From: an uncultured Alcaligenaceae bacterium
GTDB lineage: Bacteria; Pseudomonadota; Gammaproteobacteria; Burkholderiales; Burkholderiaceae_B
Direction of reading: 5' to 3'
NCBI GenBank assembly: GCA_937952975.1
Contig: CALFXX010000122.1
Span: 425 to 64,424 of the forward strand
Length of the DNA stretch: 64,000 bases
Part shown: piece by piece, positions 58,164 through 64,000 of the stretch
Numbering within the stretch: position 1 is the first letter of the stretch
How the letters are laid out: every line of letters starts with the position of its first letter
Translations under genes and position numbers: made by a program
The notes under the pieces: model-generated
Told to the model about the DNA's origin: nothing
Seen by the model: the letters and a program-made list of their open reading frames with translations, nothing else
Database searches by the model: none

Positions 58164-59957
58164 TTACGCTTTGACGTCCGGCTGACGCAAACGAATATGC
58201 AGCTCGCGTAATTGCTTTTCATCCACAGGCGAAGGTGCTTGTGTCAACAAGCACTGCGCACGCTGTGTTTTTGGGAAAGCAATCACATCGCGAATCGACT
58301 CGGCACCGGTCATCATGGTCACGATCCGATCCAAACCGAAGGCGATACCGCCATGAGGAGGCGCACCATACTGCAACGCGTCGAGCAAGAAGCCGAACTT
58401 GAGTTGAGCTTCTTCGGCATCAATCTTGAGCGCACGAAACACCTTGCTCTGGATTTCTTCACGGTGAATACGCACTGAACCGCCGCCGATCTCCCAACCA
58501 TTGAGCACCATGTCATAGGCTTTAGCGGTTGCCTTTGAAGGATCGGTACTGAGCAGATCTTCGTGGCCATCTTTGGGGCTGGTAAAGGGATGATGCGCGG
58601 CAACGTAACGATCAGCTTCTTCGTCGTATTCGAACATCGGAAAATCAACCACCCAGAGTGGTTTCCAGACGGCTTCAAACAAATCGTTGGTACGGCCAAA
58701 CTCGCTATGGCCGATTTTGACGCGCAACGCGCCGATGGCATCGTTCACAATCTTGGCGCGATCTGCGCCAAAGAAAATCAGATCGCCATCTTGCGCACCG
58801 GTGCGCTTGATCATCTCGGCAAGCGCCGCGTCGTGCAAGTTTTTAACAATCGGTGACTGCAAGCCATCACGACCTTTGGCCACTTCATTGACCTTGATCC
58901 AAGCCAAACCTTTTGCACCATAAATCGATACGAACTTGGTGTAGCTATCGATCTCGCTGCGCGAAATGCTGCCACCTTTTGGAACGCGCAAACCGACCAC
59001 GCGGCTACCTTCGGTGGTGGCTGCCTGGGCAAACACTTTGAAGTCGACATCTTTCATAACGTCAGTCAAGTCTGTGAACTCGAGCTTGACGCGCAGATCA
59101 GGTTTGTCTGAACCATACAAGCGCATGGCTTCGCTGTAAGGCATGATCGGAAACGGATTGGCCAACTCAACGTTTTGCACGGCTTTGAAAACGTGACGGA
59201 TCATGTCTTCGAAGATCGCGCGAATTTCAGTTTCGTTCAAGAACGAAGTTTCGCAATCGATCTGGGTAAATTCGGGCTGACGATCAGCACGCAAATCTTC
59301 GTCGCGAAAGCATTTTGTGATTTGATAATAGCGATCGAACCCCGACACCATCAACATCTGTTTGAAGAGCTGTGGCGATTGTGGCAAGGCAAAGAACTCG
59401 CCAGCGTTCACGCGCGAAGGCACGAGGTAATCACGCGCACCTTCGGGCGTGCTCTTGGTGAGCATTGGGGTCTCGATATCGATAAAACCCAAGCCATCTA
59501 AAAACTTACGCACTTCGATCGACACGCGATAGCGCAACATCATGTTGCGTTGCATTTGACCGCGACGCAGATCCAATACGCGATGTGTCAGGCGTGTGGT
59601 CTCAGACAAGTTTTCGTCATCAAGCTGAAACGGTGGCGTGACCGAAGGGTTGAGGATTTCAACTTCGCGACACAGGATTTCGATTTCGCCCGAGGCCAGA
59701 TCTTTATTGGTGGTGCCGGCGGGGCGCTCGCGCACCAAGCCCGTAATGCGAATGCAAAACTCGTTACGTAAGCGCTCGGCGATTGCAAACCCTTCAACGT
59801 TATCTGGGTCGAACACGATTTGGGCCAAGCCCGCGCGATCGCGCATATCGATAAAAATCACCCCACCGTGGTCGCGGCGGCGATGTACCCAACCAAACAA
59901 CGTTACGGTTTGACCTAAGTGGTCTTTACAAACCTGGCCGGTGTAGCAGGTACGCAT
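58164..59957 (-). CDS. aspS: Aspartate--tRNA ligase
   Basis: [51 protein letters not shown] and GGGSVRIH are class IIb motifs. I moved the start to the ATG at 59957; the 43-aa upstream extension in the track is not AspRS-like. Confidence 0.95.
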   Translation of the reverse strand: MRTCYTGQVCKDHLGQTVTLFGWVHRRRDHGGVIFIDMRDRAGLAQIVFDPDNVEGFAIAERLRNEFCIRITGLVRERPAGTTNKDLASGEIEILCREVEILNPSVTPPFQLDDENLSETTRLTHRVLDLRRGQMQRNMMLRYRVSIEVRKFLDGLGFIDIETPMLTKSTPEGARDYLVPSRVNAGEFFALPQSPQLFKQMLMVSGFDRYYQITKCFRDEDLRADRQPEFTQIDCETSFLNETEIRAIFEDMIRHVFKAVQNVELANPFPIMPYSEAMRLYGSDKPDLRVKLEFTDLTDVMKDVDFKVFAQAATTEGSRVVGLRVPKGGSISRSEIDSYTKFVSIYGAKGLAWIKVNEVAKGRDGLQSPIVKNLHDAALAEMIKRTGAQDGDLIFFGADRAKIVNDAIGALRVKIGHSEFGRTNDLFEAVWKPLWVVDFPMFEYDEEADRYVAAHHPFTSPKDGHEDLLSTDPSKATAKAYDMVLNGWEIGGGSVRIHREEIQSKVFRALKIDAEEAQLKFGFLLDALQYGAPPHGGIAFGLDRIVTMMTGAESIRDVIAFPKTQRAQCLLTQAPSPVDEKQLRELHIRLRQPDVKA

Positions 59958-59997
59958 GCAAACTCCAAAAGATCTGACAAATAGATCTGACAATAAA

Positions 59998-60774
59998 TTA
60001 ATCGGACGAACGGGAAGACGTGACGGGCGCTTTAACGCCCTCACTGGATAAAGTAGTCGGTGTAGAGGCGGCGTGGCTGCCGGCATCTACTGCACTGAGT
60101 TGAACTTGCGCCACGGCAACTTGAACGCCAACACCTTGAGCGCCAACCACTTGGGCGCTTGCATCGGCAGCGTTGAGTATCGGGCCTGCGGCAGGTGCGA
60201 CAACACCCATCGACACAATGTACTTAAGCGCCGAATCGACCGACATATTGAGCGGCACGACCTCGCTGCGCGACATGATCAAAAAGAATCCAGATGTAGG
60301 ATTGGGGGTGGTGGGCACATACACACTGACGTAATCTGACTGCAAATGCTCGGCCACTTCACCACTTGGTGCACCCGTCAGCAACGCGACGGTGTAGCAC
60401 CCCGCACGCGGATACTGCACCAGCACGGCCTGCCTGAACGCCTGACCGTTGGGGGCCAGCAAGGTATCGCTGACTTGCTTAACCGACTGATAAATTGACC
60501 TGACCAGTGGGATGCGACCCAGTACTTTTTCTGAATACTTTAAGATGCCGCGACCCAAAAAATTAGCGGCAAACATACCCGTGGCGAGCAACACCGCCAA
60601 CACTAAGGCAACCCTAAAGCCCGGGATTTCAAAACCGAATAAAGCCTGCGGCGACAAAAACGCCGGCACCACGCTTTCGAGCGTATTGACCACCAAACCG
60701 AGCACCCAGATCGTAATCACGACGGGTACCCAGATCAGCAAACCAGTAATGAAGTATTTTTTTAAAAATCGCAT
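59998..60774 (-). CDS. DUF502 family membrane protein with a ~65-aa low-complexity C-terminal tail
   Basis: [46 protein letters not shown] follows the DUF502 pattern. The tail is [32 protein letters not shown]. Confidence 0.75.
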   Translation of the reverse strand: MRFLKKYFITGLLIWVPVVITIWVLGLVVNTLESVVPAFLSPQALFGFEIPGFRVALVLAVLLATGMFAANFLGRGILKYSEKVLGRIPLVRSIYQSVKQVSDTLLAPNGQAFRQAVLVQYPRAGCYTVALLTGAPSGEVAEHLQSDYVSVYVPTTPNPTSGFFLIMSRSEVVPLNMSVDSALKYIVSMGVVAPAAGPILNAADASAQVVGAQGVGVQVAVAQVQLSAVDAGSHAASTPTTLSSEGVKAPVTSSRSSD

Positions 60775-60871
60775 GTTGGGCTCAAGAAAGCCATCTTTGT
60801 TACCACTTGCCTCAGCAACCGATGCTGGGGGTCAGGTCGGCCAAATAGCCGACACTTCATTGCTATGGACT

Positions 60872-61327
60872 TCAGGAATTGCTGGACGAACTGTTTGACG
60901 ACGCACCGCTATTGCTTGAGCTTGCTGTGCCTGAACTGCTAGTAGAGGCTGAGTTTGAGGTGCCGCTTGAAGCCGCGCCTGAAGCCTTATTGCCTGAACT
61001 GTCAGAGGACGAACCAGACTGACTGGCAGACGAATCACTTGCACTAGGCTTGGCATCACCGCCAGAACCAGCCGAAGCGCCTGCAACAGCCTCAGAACCG
61101 GCGATCGGCACTGCCGCTTCGCTTGTTTTGGCGCCGCCGCTACCATTGCTACGAAAATCGGTGACATACCACCCCGAGCCCTTTAATTGAAAGCCGGCAG
61201 CGGTAACCTGTTTTGAATACGTCGACTGACCGCACTGTGGGCACACGGTAAGGGGCGCATCAGAGATCTTTTGCAGTTTGTCTTCAGCATGACCACAGGC
61301 TGAGCATTTATAAGCGTAGATTGGCAC
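60872..61327 (-). CDS. FmdB-family CxxC..CxxC zinc-ribbon protein with a ~90-aa Ser/Gly/Ala-rich disordered tail
   Basis: With a GTG start at 61327 the protein reads (M)PIYAYKCSACGH..LTVCPQCG..GSGWYVTDF, the FmdB/CxxC_CXXC_SSSS signature. The upstream 41 aa of the track ORF are not family-like. Confidence 0.72.
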   Translation of the reverse strand: MPIYAYKCSACGHAEDKLQKISDAPLTVCPQCGQSTYSKQVTAAGFQLKGSGWYVTDFRSNGSGGAKTSEAAVPIAGSEAVAGASAGSGGDAKPSASDSSASQSGSSSDSSGNKASGAASSGTSNSASTSSSGTASSSNSGASSNSSSSNS

Positions 61328-61638
61328 GATAAACTTCTTTAATACTGGATAAGAGGAAAAAACTGAAATCAAAAGGAAAGCCTTTGATTTTAACGGTTTT
61401 TTGCCAAAATTCGATGGCCCAAGAAGGCAAAGCAGCCCCAAACGGCTCAATAAACCGACTTTGGGGGCTTTTCGACCGCTCTTCGATCAACTGACGGCCC
61501 AGATTACTAAGAAATATTTTCTATATCTTAGGCCAGGCAAGAGTAATGGGCCTTGCGCACGTAGCCCACCACCCAGCCTCAGCTAATTAAGGGCGGGCCC
61601 GTTTGAGCCACACGTAAGGCCGTACGGCGTATCGGCGT

Positions 61639-63072
61639 CTACAACCCAAGCTTTTTAAGATCAGGGCGCGCCAGGTGAAATTTGGTGACGCGCTGAAACG
61701 CGATCCCGATCTTGACCATCGTGGCATCGTCAAAAGGCTTGCCTAACAACTGCATCCCCACAGGCATCCCGTTATCAGCAAAACCGGCTGGCAACGAAAC
61801 ACCTGTGGTGCCCATGTAGTTACCCGCACGCGTGAACGCAGAGGTTGGGGTTTTTGACTCATCAACCTCGGTCAACGGACAAGCCCCCATCGGCACGCAG
61901 GGCGAAAGCAGCGCGTCAATGTTGCTCATCCAGTCTGTCCAGGCGGCGGTGGTACGACGATGGTCGGCCATGGCATCAATGTAATCAGCTGCTGAAATCT
62001 TGCGACCTGACTGCACGCGCCTGCGCACAAACTCACCAAATGGCCGGGCGGCATCATCAATGTAGGCGCGATGAATCGCAAAGGCCTCAGCGGCGGTGAT
62101 GTAACCATTGCGCACCATCATGTCGTTGAAGTCGAACGGAAATGGCTTGTCGACCATCTGCGCACCAAGCTCAACCAACACGCGGCGTGTATCTTCAAGA
62201 ATGCGCTTGATGTCCGCACCGACCGGAAGCGGATATTGCGCCTCGGGCATCATCGCAATGCGAATCCCCTGCAAAGGCTTGGCGCCTTCGGGCGGAGCCT
62301 GCCACTGAAACAGTGGGTGACCACAGCTTGTTGGATCAAGCGGATCGGCGCCGGCCATCAGTTCAGTCAAGATGGCCGAGTCTTGCATATCGCGCGTCAT
62401 GGGGCCGATCGAATCCAGGGTGCCCGACAACGCCAGGGCGCCATGCAAGCTAATCAAACCACGAGTCGTTTTTAGACCGGTAATACCATTCAACGAAGCA
62501 GGGATCCGCACTGAGCCACCGGTGTCTGACCCAAGCGCAGCGGGCGCTAAGGCGGCAGCTACCGCCACACCCGAGCCACTTGAAGAGCCGCCCGGTACGC
62601 GATGCGTGGTCAAATCCCAAGGGTTTTTAGGGGTGCCCATCACAGGGTTGGTACCCCAGCCGCCAAAGGCGAACTCAACCATATGAGTTTTGCCAAGATT
62701 AATCATGCCGGCGCGCAGCAGGCGCTCGACGGCTGTGCAGGTGGTGGGGCTGCGTCGCGTCACCCAATCTTGCGAGCCGCCTGTGGTGATTTGACCTTCG
62801 ATGTCGCACAAATCTTTTGCCGCAATCGGCACGCCGTCTAAGACACTTAAGCTGTAGCCCGAGGCACGGCGTGCATCAGCAGCACGGGCTTGCGCCAGCA
62901 CGCTGTCGGTGTCGACGCTGACGTAGGCGTGCAGCTCTTTATTGCCTTTATCGATTCGCGCCAAGTATTCTTTTGCAAGCTCTTCAGAGCTGAATTGTTT
63001 GTTGCGCAAACCCTGCGCGAGTTCGGTAAGGGTAGAGTAGGCGAGATCTGACATGTTGAGGTGCTCTGACAA
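61639..63072 (-). CDS. Amidase signature (AS) family amidase
   Basis: GGSSSGSGVAVAA is the GGSS(S/G)GS AS motif. It also has KDLCDIEG (Lys of the Ser-cisSer-Lys triad). 477 aa. Confidence 0.85.
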   Translation of the reverse strand: MSEHLNMSDLAYSTLTELAQGLRNKQFSSEELAKEYLARIDKGNKELHAYVSVDTDSVLAQARAADARRASGYSLSVLDGVPIAAKDLCDIEGQITTGGSQDWVTRRSPTTCTAVERLLRAGMINLGKTHMVEFAFGGWGTNPVMGTPKNPWDLTTHRVPGGSSSGSGVAVAAALAPAALGSDTGGSVRIPASLNGITGLKTTRGLISLHGALALSGTLDSIGPMTRDMQDSAILTELMAGADPLDPTSCGHPLFQWQAPPEGAKPLQGIRIAMMPEAQYPLPVGADIKRILEDTRRVLVELGAQMVDKPFPFDFNDMMVRNGYITAAEAFAIHRAYIDDAARPFGEFVRRRVQSGRKISAADYIDAMADHRRTTAAWTDWMSNIDALLSPCVPMGACPLTEVDESKTPTSAFTRAGNYMGTTGVSLPAGFADNGMPVGMQLLGKPFDDATMVKIGIAFQRVTKFHLARPDLKKLGL

Positions 63073-63162
63073 TGTTCTGGTGGACAGGGATCGAAAGTCT
63101 TAAGGCGTAAATGCGTGAAGTTAAGCCTGCAGCTATTTCTAAGCGCATGAACAAAGTCAACA

Positions 63163-64000
63163 CTAATACAAAAACAACGCGGCGGCTACAAGTGTGGGGC
63201 CTAAGGCGGCAATAAATAAGCGACCGGGTGAAATCGTTTCGTTATCGAAGCTTGATTTCAAAATCGAAAACCCGGCTGGGTTGGGAGCATTGGCGATTAC
63301 CGTCAAACCACCACCAGTCACAGCACCGGCCACCAACATATAGCGCCAGGCCTCAGTAGTGCCGTCTACCAATGAACCTAAATAGGTTAAAGCGGCATTA
63401 TCGGTAATAGCCGTAAGCGCCGTTGACCCCCAAAACAAAACTGTAGGTGACAAGCTGCCTAATAAATCTTGCAGCCACCACTTTTGCAAAGCGCCTAACA
63501 ACACGAGCCCGGCTAAAAAGAATCCAACCATCAAGCCCTCTTTGAGCATCAAGGGCGACTGAAAACGTTTATAGGCGTGACAAAAACCGATGAACAACAC
63601 TAACAGCCCCATAAAAACCGCAGGGTGATGGGCAAAGACAACAATTCCAACCAAAAACACGATATGGATCAAAATGGTTAACGGCGGCACGTGCACGGGG
63701 GCATCTTGCGTCACACCACGGTGTGTTTCAACCTCGCCGCTGGCCAACGCTTTACGATTAATCAGCGTCAGAATGAACGCGTTGAATAACACGGCGATCA
63801 CTGCACGCCAACCAAAGTGCGTGAGCATGTAGGCAGAATCCCAGCCAAAGGTTTGCGCCACCATCAACACGGGTGGTGCTGCGTAGGCGCTTAAGACCCC
63901 GCCAATCGACACGTTCACAAACAACACGCCGAGCGTCATGTATTTAAAAGCACTGTGCCCGGGCCGCTTGAAGTAAGCATCACGCAGCAACAAGGCCGCC
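63163..64000 (-). CDS. Polytopic membrane transporter-like protein (ion-transporter superfamily-like), N-terminus outside the window
   Basis: The frame stays open to the window edge and the track start at 63993 is only a TTG. It has multiple TM segments. TALTAITDNAALTYL resembles IT-superfamily hairpin motifs. Family-level guess only. Confidence 0.5.
   Translation of the reverse strand, partial: AALLLRDAYFKRPGHSAFKYMTLGVLFVNVSIGGVLSAYAAPPVLMVAQTFGWDSAYMLTHFGWRAVIAVLFNAFILTLINRKALASGEVETHRGVTQDAPVHVPPLTILIHIVFLVGIVVFAHHPAVFMGLLVLFIGFCHAYKRFQSPLMLKEGLMVGFFLAGLVLLGALQKWWLQDLLGSLSPTVLFWGSTALTAITDNAALTYLGSLVDGTTEAWRYMLVAGAVTGGGLTVIANAPNPAGFSILKSSFDNETISPGRLFIAALGPTLVAAALFLY

Noticed and set aside
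59958-60086. 43-aa N-terminal extension of aspS in the track ORF, overlapping the DUF502 gene end
   Set aside because: AspRS homology begins at MRTCYTGQV (ATG at 59957). The upstream residues are Pro/Arg/Leu-rich and not family-like, and they would overlap the upstream gene by ~90 nt.
60832-61450. Alternative-frame ORF 60832-61167 (111 aa) and the long form 60872-61450 of the FmdB ORF
   Set aside because: Open frames here come from the Ser/Gly/Ala-biased repetitive sequence. The FmdB signature starts at the GTG at 61327, and the upstream 41 aa are non-homologous.

Overview
This 64-kb window looks like a betaproteobacterial (Burkholderiales-type) chromosome segment. That placement rests on a Bug/TctC-type binding protein and the aspS-DUF502-FmdB neighbourhood. 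About 47 kb is densely packed cell-surface glycan (LPS O-antigen or exopolysaccharide) biosynthesis. The remaining ~17 kb is mostly housekeeping: acyl-CoA ligase, TauD-like dioxygenase, Bug binding protein, MFS pump, a WaaL-like ligase, galE, a coiled-coil protein, a clsB/EEP pair, aspS, DUF502, an FmdB zinc ribbon, an amidase and a partial transporter. The glycan region has four parts. (i) A ~23.5-kb unidirectional minus-strand gene train (1-24296) has many 4-nt ATGA overlaps. It carries GT2, GT4 and GT9 transferases, three paralogs of an EDD-motif GT-A, two paralogs of an unrecognised GT-B-like protein, an AsnB-type amidotransferase, a fused MsbA/PglK-type ABC exporter, fcl, a WbpL/WecA-type initiating transferase, a PhyH dioxygenase and a WbqC-like protein. 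(ii) rmlA-rmlC plus a 718-aa Wzy_C (O-antigen ligase family) protein lie on the plus strand. (iii) A ugd-uxs-GT2-gtrA module predicts an undecaprenyl-phosphate-pentose donor. (iv) A Wzm/Wzt ABC-transporter-dependent locus resembles the Pseudomonas aeruginosa CPA (D-rhamnan) and E. coli O8/O9a clusters: manC, gmd, rmd, several GT4 genes including an 870-aa two-domain enzyme, a methyltransferase-coiled-coil candidate chain terminator, Wzt with a C-terminal extension, and a second WbpL-like initiator. I found no rRNA, tRNA, CRISPR array, transposase, integrase or phage genes. I also saw no recognisable Wzx, Wzz/PCP or OPX protein. The most novel-looking content is the unrecognised paralog pair with an invariant YNPIS-xx-GHLDSW motif, the triplicated GT-A family, and the Und-P-pentose module ending in a small orphan membrane protein. 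All functional calls come from motif and family recognition by eye on the supplied translations. No database search, HMM or structure prediction was run, so family names are hypotheses of varying strength.
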